A DNA stretch of 64,000 nt from Massilia eburnea (GCF_009720745.1 NZ_WNKX01000004.1:127421-191420); one strand, 5' to 3'. Counted from the first letter of the stretch, positions 8,842 to 20,406 are shown. The notes: generated by a model from the sequence alone, not told the origin. Numbers and translations are program-made.

Positions 8842-10200
8842 TTACTTACCTGCCTTCGGCATTTCTGCCAGACGTTGTTCCAAATAGTGAATGTTAGTGC
8901 CGCCTTCGATGAAGCGCGCATCAACCATCAGCTCGCGGTGCAGCGGGATGTTGGTCGAAATGCCTTCAACAACCATTTCCGACAGTGCAATCTGCATGCG
9001 GCGAATCGCCTGCTCGCGGGTTGCGCCGTAGGTAATGACCTTGCCGATCATCGAATCGTAGTTCGGTGGTACAAAGTAACCCGAGTAGGAGTGCGAGTCA
9101 ACGCGCACGCCTGGGCCGCCCGGTACATGCCATGCGGTGATGCGGCCTGGCGACGGGGTGAACTTGAACGGATCTTCGGCGTTGATACGGCATTCGATGG
9201 CGTGGCCGGACAGCATCACGTCGCGCTGGCGGAAGCGCAGCTTTTCGCCGGAGGCGATGCGGATCTGTTCCTGCACGATGTCGATACCGGTGATCATTTC
9301 GGTCACTGGGTGTTCAACCTGCACGCGGGTGTTCATTTCAATGAAATAGAACTCGCCGTTTTCGTACAGGAACTCGAAGGTGCCCGCGCCGCGGTAGCCG
9401 ATCTTGCGGCAAGCTTCGGCGCAGCGGTCGCCGATCTTTTCGATCAGCTTGCGCGGGATGCCGGGCGCCGGTGCTTCCTCGATCACCTTCTGGTGGCGGC
9501 GCTGCATGGAGCAGTCACGTTCGCCCAGCCAGACGGCGTTTTTGTGTTCGTCGGCGAGGATCTGGATTTCCACGTGGCGCGGGTTCTCCAGGTACTTCTC
9601 CATATAGACTTCCGGATTGCCGAAGGCGGCGCCGGCCTCCGACTTGGTCATGGTGACCGCGTTCAGCAGGGCAGCTTCGGTGTGCACCACGCGCATGCCG
9701 CGGCCACCGCCGCCGCCCGCCGCCTTGATGATCACCGGGTAGCCGACTTTGCGTGCGATCTGCACGATGGCTTTCGGGTCATCCGGCAGGGCGCCGTCGG
9801 AACCTGGCACGCAAGGCACGCCGGCCTTGATCATCGCCTGCTTGGCCGACACTTTGTCGCCCATCATGCGGATCGATTCGGCGCGCGGGCCGATGAAGAC
9901 GAAACCGGATTTCTCCACGCGCTCGGCGAAGTCCGCGTTCTCGGACAGGAAGCCGTAGCCTGGATGGATCGCTTCCGCGTCGGTCACTTCGGCCGCGGAA
10001 ATGATGGCCGGCATATTCAGGTAGGACTGGGCCGAAGGCGCAGGGCCGATGCAGACGGATTCGTCGGCCAGCTTCACGTACTTGGCGTCACGGTCGGCTT
10101 CGGAGTGCACGACCACAGTCTTGATGCCCAGTTCGCGGCACGCGCGCTGGATGCGCAGGGCGATTTCGCCGCGATTGGCAATAAGGATTTTTTCAAACAT
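8842..10200 (-). CDS. accC: Acetyl-CoA carboxylase biotin carboxylase subunit
   Basis: [17 protein letters not shown]...ATP-grasp motifs. Start at MFEKIL (ATG 10198-10200). Confidence 0.9.
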   Translation of the reverse strand: MFEKILIANRGEIALRIQRACRELGIKTVVVHSEADRDAKYVKLADESVCIGPAPSAQSYLNMPAIISAAEVTDAEAIHPGYGFLSENADFAERVEKSGFVFIGPRAESIRMMGDKVSAKQAMIKAGVPCVPGSDGALPDDPKAIVQIARKVGYPVIIKAAGGGGGRGMRVVHTEAALLNAVTMTKSEAGAAFGNPEVYMEKYLENPRHVEIQILADEHKNAVWLGERDCSMQRRHQKVIEEAPAPGIPRKLIEKIGDRCAEACRKIGYRGAGTFEFLYENGEFYFIEMNTRVQVEHPVTEMITGIDIVQEQIRIASGEKLRFRQRDVMLSGHAIECRINAEDPFKFTPSPGRITAWHVPGGPGVRVDSHSYSGYFVPPNYDSMIGKVITYGATREQAIRRMQIALSEMVVEGISTNIPLHRELMVDARFIEGGTNIHYLEQRLAEMPKAGK

Positions 10201-10266
10201 GGCAGATTCGGTGTGGGATGTGAGTGTGCTGGCCGCCTGGTTGTCCACAGCGGCCATGGCCCGGCT

Positions 10267-10737
10267 TTAGCCGATCACAAACAGTGGCTGGCCGAATTCG
10301 ACCGGTTGGCCGTTTTCGACCAGGATCTGGGTGATGGTGCCGGACTTGTCGGCATCGATCTCGTTCAGCAGCTTCATCGCTTCGATGATGCAGAGGGTGT
10401 CGCCTTCTTTCACGGTGGCGCCGACTTCAACGAAGGCTGGGTTGCCAGGTGCGGAAGCGCGGTAGAAAGTGCCGACCATTGGCGACTTCACAACGTGGCC
10501 GGTTGGTTCGGCGGCAGCTGGAGCGGCGGCGGCAGGCGCGGCGACCGGTGCGGCGACTGGAGCGCCGGCAGGTGCGTAATGGGTTGGCGCTTGCGGCGGC
10601 ATCATCATGACCTGGTTCGGCATGACGCCGCCGGACTTGACGATGCGAACCTTGCTTTCGCCTTCGGTCACTTCCAGTTCAGCGATGTCCGACTCTGCTA
10701 CCAGGTCGATCAGCGTCTTCAGCTTGCGTAGATCCAT
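10267..10737 (-). CDS. accB: Biotin carboxyl carrier protein
   Basis: C-terminal EAMKLLNEI biotinylation motif and the usual Ala/Pro-rich linker. Confidence 0.9.
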   Translation of the reverse strand: MDLRKLKTLIDLVAESDIAELEVTEGESKVRIVKSGGVMPNQVMMMPPQAPTHYAPAGAPVAAPVAAPAAAAPAAAEPTGHVVKSPMVGTFYRASAPGNPAFVEVGATVKEGDTLCIIEAMKLLNEIDADKSGTITQILVENGQPVEFGQPLFVIG

Positions 10738-10832
10738 GTTGTTGGCTCCCTTGTTCTATCTATTATGTTGATGGTTTCTGCGAAGTCGCCTTATGGACGC
10801 CATCGCGTTAGATGCGCGCAGATCGCGGTAGA

Positions 10833-11270
10833 TTAACTGCTTTTTAAGGCAAAGTCGATGGCGAGACGATATCCCTCGATACCAAGCCCGCAAATCGTCC
10901 CCTGTGCGATAGCGCTGAGATAGGAATGGTGGCGGAATTCCTCCCGCCGATAAATATTCGAAATGTGTACTTCAATAAATGGGATCGCTACGCCGGCCAA
11001 GGCATCGCGCAAGGCGACGCTGGTGTGGGTGTAGCCTCCCGGGTTGATCACGATGAAATCCACGCCCTCGGTTCGGGCTGCGTGGATGCGGTCAATCAAC
11101 GCTCCTTCGTGGTTACTTTGGAAACAGGCGAGCTGTGCACCGGCTGCTTTGGCTTGTGCCTGCGCTGCCTGTTCCACGTCTGCCAGCGTGCTGGCGCCGT
11201 AGGTTTCAGGCTCGCGCGTCCCCAACAAATTCAGGTTGGGGCCATTAAGAAGCAGCAGGTGTCTTGCCAT
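10833..11270 (-). CDS. aroQ: Type II 3-dehydroquinate dehydratase
   Basis: [25 protein letters not shown]...[13 protein letters not shown]. Start at ATG 11268-11270. Confidence 0.9.
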   Translation of the reverse strand: MARHLLLLNGPNLNLLGTREPETYGASTLADVEQAAQAQAKAAGAQLACFQSNHEGALIDRIHAARTEGVDFIVINPGGYTHTSVALRDALAGVAIPFIEVHISNIYRREEFRHHSYLSAIAQGTICGLGIEGYRLAIDFALKSS

Positions 11271-11385
11271 GATTCCCTGACCATTTTCTGCGAAAGTTCC
11301 GCATTTTGCCGCCATCTACAAGCATTGGCAAGAGAAAATAGCTTGGCGGAAGTTAATAGAACGGTCGTTCGACGACGTTCTTCCG

Positions 11386-11931
11386 CTAGTTTAAGGCCGC
11401 CAGGTCGGCTTTCAGGTCGTCAAATTTCAGGCGTGCCAGGTAGGTCTTTTTCACTGTGCCGTCAGCGCCGATAAGGACGGTGAAGGGCAGGCCGCCCTGG
11501 GTGTTGCCGAAGTTGCGCGACAGTTCGGTGCCGCTCATTCCGGCCACATAGATCGGGTAGGCGACTTTCACCTTTTGTGTGAATTCTGCAATATTGGATG
11601 GCGAATCGATGCCGATTCCGATCACCTGGATCTTTTTGCCAAGCGCGGATTTTTGCAGTTCAGACAACTCCGGCATCTCTTCGACGCATGGCGCGCACCA
11701 TGGCGCCCAGAAATTCACCAGCAGGTTTTTGCCTTGGTATTTTGATAGCGCTTCCTTCACGCCTTTCTCATTTGGCAAGGACTCGGCCATCATGGCGGTG
11801 ACCGGGCTGGCCATGCCAGCCGGGGCGGTGGTGGTGATGGGGGCGTCAGCTTGCTTCTGGTGCGTGCCGTACCAGGCGCCGGCGCCCAGGAACAGGACGG
11901 CGACCACGGTGTATGTTGCGAATTTTTTCAT
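11386..11931 (-). CDS. TlpA/ResA-like periplasmic thiol:disulfide oxidoreductase
   Basis: N-terminal TM/signal region and the WCAPC thioredoxin motif (NFWAPWCAPCVEEMPEL). Confidence 0.75.
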   Translation of the reverse strand: MKKFATYTVVAVLFLGAGAWYGTHQKQADAPITTTAPAGMASPVTAMMAESLPNEKGVKEALSKYQGKNLLVNFWAPWCAPCVEEMPELSELQKSALGKKIQVIGIGIDSPSNIAEFTQKVKVAYPIYVAGMSGTELSRNFGNTQGGLPFTVLIGADGTVKKTYLARLKFDDLKADLAALN

Positions 11932-12539
11932 TGCTGGGCTGGATGGGGGCTGTTGATCAGTATCGTGCGCAATTCGGAGATGTCGGCGCGCAGCGGTTTA
12001 TCGCCGCTTTTCTTCCTGGCGCCGCGCAGGTCGTCCTGTTCATACAGTTCGACGTGCACGCCGGCGTTCTTCCACATGAAGCTGACCGTTTCCACATCCT
12101 CGAAACGGGGGCCGCGGAAATGGGGCGATTCGGAGATCTCGATTTGCAGGTTCTTGTTCAATAGATAAATTTCCACTTCCTTGGCGCTGTCCACGAATAC
12201 TTGCAGGTGGATGTCGTCTTGCATGCCGGCGGTTCCGTGCAGCACGGAGCCGGTCAGGAAGGGTTGGTATTGTTCCAGCATTTCCATCACTTGCAAAGCC
12301 AGGCCGCGCATCTTGAATATGTGCGCGGGGTGGGTGTCGGCGTTATATAAAGCGTGGTATAGGCGGACTTCTTCTTCGATCTGTTCGTTGTCGGGCAGGG
12401 CGTCGGTCAGGTCGCGCGCTTGCGACTCGCCTAATATCTGGCGGGCGGCTTTGCGTTTGGCGCTGCCGTAGTCGGCGCCGTCCTGCGCGATCATGCGGGC
12501 GGCGGCGGCGGCGATTTCGGTTTTGATCTGGGGGTTCAT
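11928..12539 (-). CDS. Conserved hypothetical protein (203 aa), first gene of the minus-strand operon
   Basis: ORF with the local codon bias. Overlaps the tlpA start by 4 nt (translational coupling). No recognisable family. Confidence 0.45.
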   Translation of the reverse strand: MNPQIKTEIAAAAARMIAQDGADYGSAKRKAARQILGESQARDLTDALPDNEQIEEEVRLYHALYNADTHPAHIFKMRGLALQVMEMLEQYQPFLTGSVLHGTAGMQDDIHLQVFVDSAKEVEIYLLNKNLQIEISESPHFRGPRFEDVETVSFMWKNAGVHVELYEQDDLRGARKKSGDKPLRADISELRTILINSPHPAQQ

Positions 12540-12547
12540 GATTGCAT

Positions 12548-12662
12548 CATACCTAAAACCCCGTAAACCTGGGTCTGACCCAAGGGTCAGACCCAGTACG
12601 GTCTCCGGGCCGCGAGCGAGCGGTAGTTGAGCAGACAGGGGCGGACCCTTGGGTCAGACCCC
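12548..12662. repeat. REPIN-like pair of the same REP family as 3919-4087, in the divergent promoter region
   Basis: 12551-12587 ccccgtaaacctgggtctgacccaagggtcagaccc, and 12630-12660 ggggcggacccttgggtcagacccc inverted partial copy. Confidence 0.55.
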
Positions 12663-12718
12663 GAATTTCCAGTTTTAATCAGGTAAAATCCGGCTCTTGA
12701 TTCTTTTCTATCACCACC

Positions 12719-14098
12719 ATGCACATCCACATCCTAGGCATTTGCGGCACTTTCATGGGCGGTCTTGCCGTCCTGGCAAAAGAAGCCGGCCACCGCGTAA
12801 CGGGATGCGACGCCAACGTCTATCCCCCGATGAGCACGCAGCTGGAAGCCCAGGGCATTGAACTGATCCAGGGTTTTGGCCCCGAGCAGGTGGAATTGAA
12901 CCCCGATCTTTACGTCATCGGCAACGTGGTCTCGCGCGGCAATCCGCTGATCGAAGAGATCATGAACCGCAACCTGCCGATGATCTCCGGTCCGCAATGG
13001 ATCGGCGACCATATCCTGCAAGACAAATGGGTGCTGTCCGTCGCCGGCACGCATGGCAAGACCACGACGTCGGCCATGGTGGCCTGGATCCTGGAGCACG
13101 CCGGCTACGCGCCCGGCTTCCTGATCGGCGGCATTCCGCAGAACTTTGGCATTTCGGCGCGCCTGAGCGGCCCCGGCGCCAACTCCGAATTCTTCGTGAT
13201 CGAAGCCGACGAATACGACACCGCCTTCTTCGACAAGCGCAGCAAGTTCGTGCACTACCACTCGAAGACGGCGATCATGAACAACCTGGAATACGACCAC
13301 GCCGACATCTTCCCGGACATCGGTGCCATCGAAACCCAGTTCCACCACCTGGTGCGCACCGTGCCCGGCATCGGCCGCGTGATCGCCAATGGTGACGAAG
13401 CGAGCCTGCAGCGCGTGCTGAAACGCGGCTGCTGGAGCGAGAAGGAATTGTTCGGCAGCGCCGCCGGCGCCGACTGGACCTTGCACGAACATGCCGACGG
13501 CAGCTTCGACGTCATCTTCAAGGGCGCCAAGGCCGCTACCGTGAAGTGGGAGCTGACCGGCAAACATAACCGCTACAACGCGCTGGCCGCGATTGCCGCC
13601 GCCCGCCATGTGGGCGTGCCGATTAAAGCCGCCGCCGAGGCGCTCGGTCAATTCCAGAGCGTCAAGCGGCGCATGGAAGTGCGCGGCACCGTCAACGGCG
13701 TCACCGTGTACGATGACTTCGCCCACCACCCGACCGCCATCGAAACCACTGTCGGCGGCCTGCGCCAGAAGCTGCGCGCAGCCGGCGGCGCGGCCCGCAT
13801 CCTGGCCGTGCTGGAGCCGCGCTCCAACACCATGAAGCTGGGCACCATGAAGGACGCGCTGCCCGGCAGCCTGAAAGAGGCCGACCTGGTATTCGGCTTC
13901 GGCAGCGAACAAGCCCTGGGCTGGAACCTGGGCGAAGCCCTGTCGCCGATGGGCGCAATCGCCTCGGCTTACGAAGACCTCGACCTGATGGTGGAAGCGA
14001 TCGTCGCGGCAGCCAAGCCGGGCGACCATATTATCGTGATGAGCAACGGCGGCTTCGGCGGCGTCCACCAGAAATTGCTGGAGGCGCTGAAGGCATGA
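12719..14098 (+). CDS. mpl: UDP-N-acetylmuramate:L-alanyl-gamma-D-glutamyl-meso-DAP ligase
   Basis: MHIHILGICGTFMGGLAVLAKEAGHRVTGCD... and GTHGKTTTS P-loop of the Mur ligase family. Confidence 0.85.
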   Translation: MHIHILGICGTFMGGLAVLAKEAGHRVTGCDANVYPPMSTQLEAQGIELIQGFGPEQVELNPDLYVIGNVVSRGNPLIEEIMNRNLPMISGPQWIGDHILQDKWVLSVAGTHGKTTTSAMVAWILEHAGYAPGFLIGGIPQNFGISARLSGPGANSEFFVIEADEYDTAFFDKRSKFVHYHSKTAIMNNLEYDHADIFPDIGAIETQFHHLVRTVPGIGRVIANGDEASLQRVLKRGCWSEKELFGSAAGADWTLHEHADGSFDVIFKGAKAATVKWELTGKHNRYNALAAIAAARHVGVPIKAAAEALGQFQSVKRRMEVRGTVNGVTVYDDFAHHPTAIETTVGGLRQKLRAAGGAARILAVLEPRSNTMKLGTMKDALPGSLKEADLVFGFGSEQALGWNLGEALSPMGAIASAYEDLDLMVEAIVAAAKPGDHIIVMSNGGFGGVHQKLLEALKA

Positions 14099-14676
14099 TT
14101 TTGTACCTGCATGGTTTCCGTTCCTCGCCGCTGTCGATGAAGGCGCGGCTGACCGGGGAGCGGATGGCGCAGCTTGGCCGCAGCGCGGAATTCATTTGTC
14201 CGCAGCTGCCGGCCAGCCCCAGGCTGGCGATGGAACTGGCTTGCGGCCTGGTGGCCGGCATTCCGGCGCATGAACTGACCATCGTCGGCTCTTCGCTGGG
14301 CGGCTACTACGCCACCTGGATGGCCGAGAAGCTGGGCTGCCGCGCGGTCCTGCTGAACCCCGCCGTGGTGCCGATGCTGGACCTGGACCAGCACATTGGC
14401 GTCACCACCGCCTACCACTCGGACGAGCCGTTCGAATTCAAGCGTGAATATATAGAGGAGCTGCGCGCGCTGGCCGTGCCGCAAGCCAGCCAGCCCGAAC
14501 GCTACTTCCTGATCGCCTGCACCGGCGACGAAGTGCTGGATTACCGCGACATGGTGGCCCACTATGCGGGCGCCAGGCAGAAAGTCGTGCAGGGCAGCGA
14601 CCATGCCATCAGCGAGTACGCCGATTACCTGGCTGAAGTCCTCGATTTTTGCGGCATCGCGGGCGAAACCCGATGA
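14095..14676 (+). CDS. yqiA: YqiA-type esterase (UPF0227 alpha/beta hydrolase)
   Basis: MILYLHGFRSSP... and GSSLGGYYA nucleophile elbow. ATGA overlap with mpl. Confidence 0.7.
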   Translation: MILYLHGFRSSPLSMKARLTGERMAQLGRSAEFICPQLPASPRLAMELACGLVAGIPAHELTIVGSSLGGYYATWMAEKLGCRAVLLNPAVVPMLDLDQHIGVTTAYHSDEPFEFKREYIEELRALAVPQASQPERYFLIACTGDEVLDYRDMVAHYAGARQKVVQGSDHAISEYADYLAEVLDFCGIAGETR

Positions 14677-15257
14677 AAGGCCAATCGCTGCGCCAGGCCA
14701 ACTGGCACGGTCACGTGCTCGCCACGAATCCGCCGCACCCTTACCGCCACTGGCTGACCGGCGGCGGTTCGCTGACCAATAAATTGAAAGCGCATAGCGG
14801 CGCGTTCCGCGTGCAGCTGCTGCACCAGGACACCGCGATCTGCCTGGCCGACGAAGCCAATATCATCGGCTACCACCGGCCCGGCCGCGTGTGGGAGAGG
14901 GAGGTCTTGCTGCGGTGTGATAATACGCCTGTGGTGTTCGCGCACACCGTGGTGCCGATGTCGGCCGATGCTTCGGACTGGCCGCTGTTCAGCGCCCTGG
15001 GCGAGCGTTCGCTCGGCAGTACCCTGTTCGGCGACCCGCAGGTGCGGCGCGGCGAACTGCAATTTGCGCGCCTGCGCGCGACCCATCCGCTGGCGCGGCG
15101 CGCCCGTGCCGCCTTGAGCGTCCACGGGGCGGAGGTGCCGGATGACGCTTTACTGTATGCACGGCGCTGCCTGTACCAGCGCCACGAAGGAACTTTGCTT
15201 GTGACCGAGGTCTTCCTGCCCCCGGTGCTCAAGCTGCAGAGGACGAATGATCGATGA
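14673..15257 (+). CDS. ubiC: Chorismate-pyruvate lyase (UbiC/DUF98 family)
   Basis: Roughly 195 aa with UbiC-like fold sequence (WLTGGGSLTNKL...REVLL...PVVFAHTV). Start at MKGQ (ATG 14673) coupled to the yqiA stop. Confidence 0.55.
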   Translation: MKGQSLRQANWHGHVLATNPPHPYRHWLTGGGSLTNKLKAHSGAFRVQLLHQDTAICLADEANIIGYHRPGRVWEREVLLRCDNTPVVFAHTVVPMSADASDWPLFSALGERSLGSTLFGDPQVRRGELQFARLRATHPLARRARAALSVHGAEVPDDALLYARRCLYQRHEGTLLVTEVFLPPVLKLQRTNDR

Positions 15258-17287
15258 ATGTATTTTTTGAAGAATCCGGCGATTTCAAAGTAGGCAGCGT
15301 GCTGTCGCAGGCAGGCGAGGCCTACCAGGTTGAAATGGCGAGCGGCAAGCGCAACAAGGTGAAAACCAAGGATGTGATGCTGCAGTTCGACAAGCCGTCG
15401 CCGGCTGAGCTGATGGAGCAGGCCAAGGCCATCGCGGCAGAGGTTGACCTGGACTTCCTGTGGGAAGTGGCGGGCGAAGAGGAATTCGGCTTTGCCGAGC
15501 TGGGCGCCGAATATTTCGGCCATGCCCCGCAGCCGGCGGAAGCTGCCGGCCTGATCCTGAGCCTGCACGCGGCGCCGATCTACTTCCATAAGAAGGGCCG
15601 TGGCCGCTACAAGAAAGCGCCGGAGCAGACATTGAAGGCGGCCCTGGCCGGCATCGAGAAGAAAAAGCAGCAAGCCATCATCCAGGGCCAGTATGCCGCG
15701 GAGCTGAAGGCGGGCACCCTGCCGGCTTCGATGCAGAACATCGTCAGCCAGCTGCTGTTCAAGCCGGACAAGAACACGATTGAATACAAGGCGCTGGAGC
15801 AGGCGGCGAACGAGGCGCACACCACGCCGGCGCGCCTGATGCTGTCGGCCGGCGGCATCAAGTCGCCGAAGGACCTGCATATGGCGAGATTCCTGTTCGA
15901 GAATTTCCCGAAGGGCCACGGCTTCCCGGAGCTGCCGGTGCCTGCAGCGCCGGCCGGCTTGCCGACTGCGGCGGTTGAAGCGTTCTCCATCGACGACGTG
16001 ACCACCACCGAAATCGACGATGCCTTCTCCGTGGTGCACCAGCCGGATGGCAAGGTGCGCGTGGGTATCCACATCGCCGCGCCCGGCCTGGGCATCAAGC
16101 CGGACGATGCGATCGACAAGATCGCGCGCAGCCGCATGTCCACCGTGTATATGCCCGGCGACAAGATCACCATGCTGCCGGACGCGATTGTCGACGCTTT
16201 CACCCTGGCCGAAGGCAAGACTTGCCCGGCACTGTCGCTGTACGCGGTGCTGGATCCGGCCGACTGGAAGGTGATTTCCACCGAAACCAAGGCCGAACTG
16301 GTGCCGATCGCGAACAACCTGCGCCACAACACGCTGGACGAGCTGGTGAACGAGCAGACCCTGGCCAGCGGCGAGGGCGATTATCCGCGCAAGGCCGAAC
16401 TGACCCTGCTGTGGGGCTGGGCCCAGCACCTGGAAGCGGGCCGCATGGTCAAGCGCGAGGCGTTTGGCCTGAAGCCGGAGCAGAACAACCGCGTCGACTT
16501 CAACTTCTATGTGGAAGACGACGTCGTCACCATTTCCCGCCGCAAGCGCGGTGCGCCGCTGGACAAGATCGTGGCCGAGCTGATGATCTTCGCCAATTCC
16601 ACCTGGGGCAAGCTGATGCACGACCATGGCGTGCCGGGGATCTACCGTACCCAAGGGCAGGGCGTGGGCGGCTGGGCGGCCAAGATGCAGGTGCGCATGA
16701 TGACCCAGGCGGCGCCGCACCAGGGTTTGGGCGTGGACCAGTATGCCTGGTCGACTTCGCCGCTGCGCCGCTATACCGACCTGGTCAACCAGTGGCAGAT
16801 CCTGGCTTGCGCTTCGCATGGCGTGACGGCGCCGATGGTGGCGCCGTTCAAGCACAAGGATGCGAACCTGTTTGCGATCGTGTCGGCGTTTGATGCGGCG
16901 TATGCGGCCTATGCGGACTTCCAGTCGAATATGGAGCGCTATTGGTGCCTGCGCTGGCTGGGGCAGGAAAATGCCAAGGAAGTCGAGGCAGTGGTGTTGA
17001 AGGATGAGGTGCTGCGTTTGTCCGAGATTCCGCTGATCGTGCGCATGCCGGGCATGCCTTCTGTTGCGCGCGGGTCACATGTGAAGCTCGATGTGCTGCG
17101 CTGGGATGAGGTGGACCTGGCAATCGAAACGCGCTTGCAGGAAGGGTCGATTACCTTGCCTTCGGAGCCTGAGCCGGAACTGGATGAGGAGGAGGCGCCG
17201 GCTGATCCGGCGCAGCCTACCGAGGTGGATGCGGAGGAGGCCTCGCTGGCCAGTGAGGCTGTTGTGACGGAGCCAGGGCCGCAGTAA
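15254..17287 (+). CDS. rnb: RNase II/RNB-family 3'-5' exoribonuclease
   Basis: RNB catalytic domain sequence (TIDDVTTTEIDDAFSVV...). ATGA overlap with ubiC. Confidence 0.75.
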   Translation: MNVFFEESGDFKVGSVLSQAGEAYQVEMASGKRNKVKTKDVMLQFDKPSPAELMEQAKAIAAEVDLDFLWEVAGEEEFGFAELGAEYFGHAPQPAEAAGLILSLHAAPIYFHKKGRGRYKKAPEQTLKAALAGIEKKKQQAIIQGQYAAELKAGTLPASMQNIVSQLLFKPDKNTIEYKALEQAANEAHTTPARLMLSAGGIKSPKDLHMARFLFENFPKGHGFPELPVPAAPAGLPTAAVEAFSIDDVTTTEIDDAFSVVHQPDGKVRVGIHIAAPGLGIKPDDAIDKIARSRMSTVYMPGDKITMLPDAIVDAFTLAEGKTCPALSLYAVLDPADWKVISTETKAELVPIANNLRHNTLDELVNEQTLASGEGDYPRKAELTLLWGWAQHLEAGRMVKREAFGLKPEQNNRVDFNFYVEDDVVTISRRKRGAPLDKIVAELMIFANSTWGKLMHDHGVPGIYRTQGQGVGGWAAKMQVRMMTQAAPHQGLGVDQYAWSTSPLRRYTDLVNQWQILACASHGVTAPMVAPFKHKDANLFAIVSAFDAAYAAYADFQSNMERYWCLRWLGQENAKEVEAVVLKDEVLRLSEIPLIVRMPGMPSVARGSHVKLDVLRWDEVDLAIETRLQEGSITLPSEPEPELDEEEAPADPAQPTEVDAEEASLASEAVVTEPGPQ

Positions 17288-17295
17288 ACCAGTAC

Positions 17296-17372
17296 GCCGG
17301 TGCCTGACCCGCAGGTCAGGCACCCGCCCTGCGGCCGCCGCGTAACGGGTGTCTGACCCCATGGCTCAGACA
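17296..17372. repeat. Pair of REP palindromes (gtgcctgacccgcaggtcaggcac and gtgtctgaccccatggctcagacac)
   Basis: Two perfect or near-perfect 24-25 bp palindromes in the rnb-tonB intergenic space. Confidence 0.5.
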
Positions 17373-17434
17373 CCGAATTGCCGGTTTGTCGTAGAATCCA
17401 AGATTCTCAAAAGCATCATTCTAGAATTCAGCGC

Positions 17435-18319
17435 GTGAAGTATTTCAAAGAAAACCAGTTCCTTGTCATCGCTTCCACTGTTTCGGTGGCGGTCCACGCC
17501 GTGGCGCTGATGGTGCATTTCGTCGCTCCCAAGGCCTTCAAGGTAGAACCAACCGACCCTGGCCTGGAAGTCATCCTGGTCAACGCCAAGCACTCATCCA
17601 AGCCGCTGAAGGCCGACGCCCTGGCGCAAGCGAACCTTGATGGCGGCGGCAACGCCGACGCCGGCCGCGCCAAATCGCCGCTGCCCGATATGCGCCGCAT
17701 GGAAACTGGCGAAAGCATCCAGGCCGCCCAGCGCTATATCAAGGAGCTGGAAGAGCGCCAGAAAAACCTGCTGACCCAGGCGAAAAAGAGCACGCTTTCC
17801 GCACCGCCGGTGACGGACAAGAACCAGGCCGACCCGACCCGTACCGGCGCGGACCTGATCGAAAGCAGCAAGGCGATGGCGCGCAGCATGGCTGAAATCA
17901 CCCAGACCATCGAAGACCAGAACAAGCGCCCGAAAAAGACCTTCCTGTCGCCAAGCACCAAGGAAGTGGGCTACGCCATGTACTACAAGACCTTCCAGCG
18001 CCGCGTGGAAGAAATCGGCACCCTGAATTTCCCGCAGATGAACGGCAAGAAGATGTACGGCCAATTGGTGCTGTATATCCCGATCTTCATGGACGGCACG
18101 ATTTACATGAAGGATGGCGGCATCCGCATCGAACGCAGTTCGGGCAACCCGGCGCTGGACGCGGCGGCCATCAATATCGTGCGGCGCGCCGCGCCGTTCG
18201 GCAAATTCCCGCCGAATATGCTGTCGCATGACCGCGACGACCTGTGGGTCATCATCACCACCTTCAAGTTCACCCGCGAGGAAAAGATGGAAGCCGACCT
18301 GACCGGCGGCGTGCAGTGA
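17435..18319 (+). CDS. TonB-family energy transducer (N-terminal TM anchor, Pro/Lys-rich spacer, TonB C-terminal domain)
   Basis: C-terminal YPxxAxxxGxxG-type TonB domain (...[22 protein letters not shown]). The track start 17378 is TTG inside the REP, so GTG 17435 is proposed (start uncertain). Confidence 0.55.
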   Translation: MKYFKENQFLVIASTVSVAVHAVALMVHFVAPKAFKVEPTDPGLEVILVNAKHSSKPLKADALAQANLDGGGNADAGRAKSPLPDMRRMETGESIQAAQRYIKELEERQKNLLTQAKKSTLSAPPVTDKNQADPTRTGADLIESSKAMARSMAEITQTIEDQNKRPKKTFLSPSTKEVGYAMYYKTFQRRVEEIGTLNFPQMNGKKMYGQLVLYIPIFMDGTIYMKDGGIRIERSSGNPALDAAAINIVRRAAPFGKFPPNMLSHDRDDLWVIITTFKFTREEKMEADLTGGVQ

Positions 18320-19140
18320 TGGATAAGTACTGCGTCTTCGGCAACCCGATTGCCCACAGCAAGTCGCCGGAAATCCATGCTGCTTATGCGGCGCAAACTG
18401 GCCAGTCCTTGAGCTACGAGAAGTGGCTGGCGCCGCTCGATGGTTTCGGCGCTGCCGTGCAAGCGTTCATCGCCGCCGGCGGCAAAGGCGCCAACGTCAC
18501 GGTCCCGTTCAAGCTGGAGGCGCACAAGCTGGCCACCGCGCTGACCTTACGGGCGCAGGCTGCTGGTGCAGTCAACACCCTGGTGTTCGGCGCCGACGGC
18601 AGCATCACCGGCGACAACACCGATGGCGCCGGCCTGGTGACCGATATTGTGCAGAATGCAGGCGTGCCGCTGGCCGGCAAGCGCGTGCTGCTGCTGGGCG
18701 CCGGCGGCGCCGCGCGCGGCGTGGTGCTGCCTATCCTTGAACACCGTCCTGCAGCGCTGGTGATCGCCAACCGTACCGTCGCCACCGCGCAAGCGCTGGT
18801 CGAGCAGTTTGGCGCGCTGGCCGGACCGGGCGTACTGTCCGCTTGCGGCTTTACCGATATTGCCGGCGCCTTTGACGTGATCATCAACGCCACCTCGGCC
18901 AGCCTGAGCTCCGACCTGCCTCCGGTGCCGGCATCGGCCTTCGTACCGGGCGCGCTGGCGCTGGACATGATGTATGGCGCCAAGCCAACCGTCTTCATGG
19001 AGTTCGCCGCCAGCCACGGCGCCGCCGTTCGCGACGGCCTGGGCATGCTGGTTGAACAGGCTGCCGAGGCCTTCGAAGTCTGGCGCGGGGTGCGCCCGCA
19101 AACGGCCGAGGTGCTGGCGCAGCTGCGCGCCAAGCTATGA
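18319..19140 (+). CDS. aroE: Shikimate dehydrogenase
   Basis: [20 protein letters not shown]...NVTVPFK; Rossmann GAGGAARG. Confidence 0.85.
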   Translation: MDKYCVFGNPIAHSKSPEIHAAYAAQTGQSLSYEKWLAPLDGFGAAVQAFIAAGGKGANVTVPFKLEAHKLATALTLRAQAAGAVNTLVFGADGSITGDNTDGAGLVTDIVQNAGVPLAGKRVLLLGAGGAARGVVLPILEHRPAALVIANRTVATAQALVEQFGALAGPGVLSACGFTDIAGAFDVIINATSASLSSDLPPVPASAFVPGALALDMMYGAKPTVFMEFAASHGAAVRDGLGMLVEQAAEAFEVWRGVRPQTAEVLAQLRAKL

Positions 19141-19835
19141 ACAAATTGAAGAAGCTGAAATGGTTCGTGATCGTTCCAGTCGCGATCTTGCTCGCGGTGC
19201 AGCTGTATTTCTTCGTGCAGATCTGGTGGTGGGTCGACCATAACCCGAGCATGACGGCCTTCATGCGCGAACAGCAGGCGGCCATGCAGGAGACGGATCC
19301 GAAGGCACGGGTCAAGCAGATGTGGGTTCCGTATTCGGCGATCTCGGTCAACCTGAAACGTGCGGTGATTGCGTCTGAAGACGCCAACTTCGCCGAACAT
19401 GAAGGAGTGGACTGGGAGGCCATGCAAAAGGCCTACGAGCATAACCAGGAAAAGAAGAAGGGCACCAAGGTGCATGGCGGCTCGACCATCACCCAGCAAC
19501 TGGCCAAGAACCTGTTCCTGTCAGGTTCGCGCAGCTACCTGCGCAAGGGCCAGGAGCTGATCATCACTTATATGCTGGAGATGCTGATGGATAAACGGCG
19601 CATCTTCGAGATCTATCTGAATGTGGCGGAATTTGGCCGCGGCATTTACGGCGCCGAGGCGGCGGCACGCTACTATTACCGGATCCCGGCTTCCCGACTG
19701 GGGGCGGAGCAGGCGGCCCGCTTGGCGGTCATGCTGCCACGGCCTAAATATTTCGATGCCCATCGCGACTCGTCCTACCTGGCGCGGCGTGCCGGCGTCA
19801 TCATGCAACGTATGAATTCGGCGGAGCTTCCGTGA
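19137..19835 (+). CDS. mtgA: Monofunctional biosynthetic peptidoglycan transglycosylase
   Basis: GT51 motifs ([44 protein letters not shown]). Confidence 0.85.
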   Translation: MNKLKKLKWFVIVPVAILLAVQLYFFVQIWWWVDHNPSMTAFMREQQAAMQETDPKARVKQMWVPYSAISVNLKRAVIASEDANFAEHEGVDWEAMQKAYEHNQEKKKGTKVHGGSTITQQLAKNLFLSGSRSYLRKGQELIITYMLEMLMDKRRIFEIYLNVAEFGRGIYGAEAAARYYYRIPASRLGAEQAARLAVMLPRPKYFDAHRDSSYLARRAGVIMQRMNSAELP

Positions 19836-20206
19836 AAAAATATCAAAGTGGAATCAGCTTGATTGCTGTGGCTGTGGTGATGGGCGTGCTGGGCGCGGCG
19901 GCAGCGTTTGCGCTGATCTCGATGCGCCACGAGCGCAACCTGTTTGCCGAGGGGCTCGAAAAGGTGGGGGCGAAGGCGGCTGCAGTGGCAGCGCCGGTGG
20001 TGTCGCAGGTGGCGCCGCCTGCTCCCATGCGCAAATGCGTCATCCATGGCAAGACGGTGATCTCCAATGCCGAGTGCGGGGATCAGGGGAAGGTGATCGA
20101 GATCCACGATACCAAGGGCTTTGAGGCGCCCAAGGCTCCACCTAAGCCGGCGCCGGAGACGCAGCCGACGGCTTCGGAGCGGGCGATTCAGCAGGCGACC
20201 CGCTAA
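19832..20206 (+). CDS. Small membrane-anchored hypothetical protein (DUF4124-like)
   Basis: GTG start overlapping the mtgA stop. N-terminal TM, then a Cys-containing stretch ([17 protein letters not shown]). Confidence 0.45.
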   Translation: MKKYQSGISLIAVAVVMGVLGAAAAFALISMRHERNLFAEGLEKVGAKAAAVAAPVVSQVAPPAPMRKCVIHGKTVISNAECGDQGKVIEIHDTKGFEAPKAPPKPAPETQPTASERAIQQATR

Positions 20207-20300
20207 ACCGGTAAACCTGTGTCAGACCCGCAGGGTCTGACACTAGCTGGCGGCGGCCGCGTATCAAGTGTCTGACCCGCCGGGTCTGGCACTGATCCAC
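20207..20300. repeat. REP palindrome pair (ccggtaaacctgtgtcagacccgcagggtctgacac ... gtgtctgacccgccgggtctggcac)
   Basis: Same ccggtaaacc leader and GTCTGACCC core as the other REP loci. Confidence 0.5.
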
Positions 20301-20406
20301 CGGTTTAAAAAAATGCATCACCAGGACTGGCCCCGCAAGCCCCTTTGCGGGTACACTTGCGAAGTTTTTTAGAACCCGCGCTCTACACCCCCCTGTCCGG
20401 CTGAGA

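Noticed and set aside
12734-14068. 444-aa ORF antisense to mpl, and similar antisense ORFs at 14870..16855 (rnb), 49833..51401 (pyrB/pyrC'), 55147..56874 (algC/waaC), 3984..5081 (PfkB kinase), 8686..10731 (accC/accB)
   Set aside because: All lie entirely opposite genes with clear family signatures and have no SDs or domains. Characteristic high-GC artefacts.
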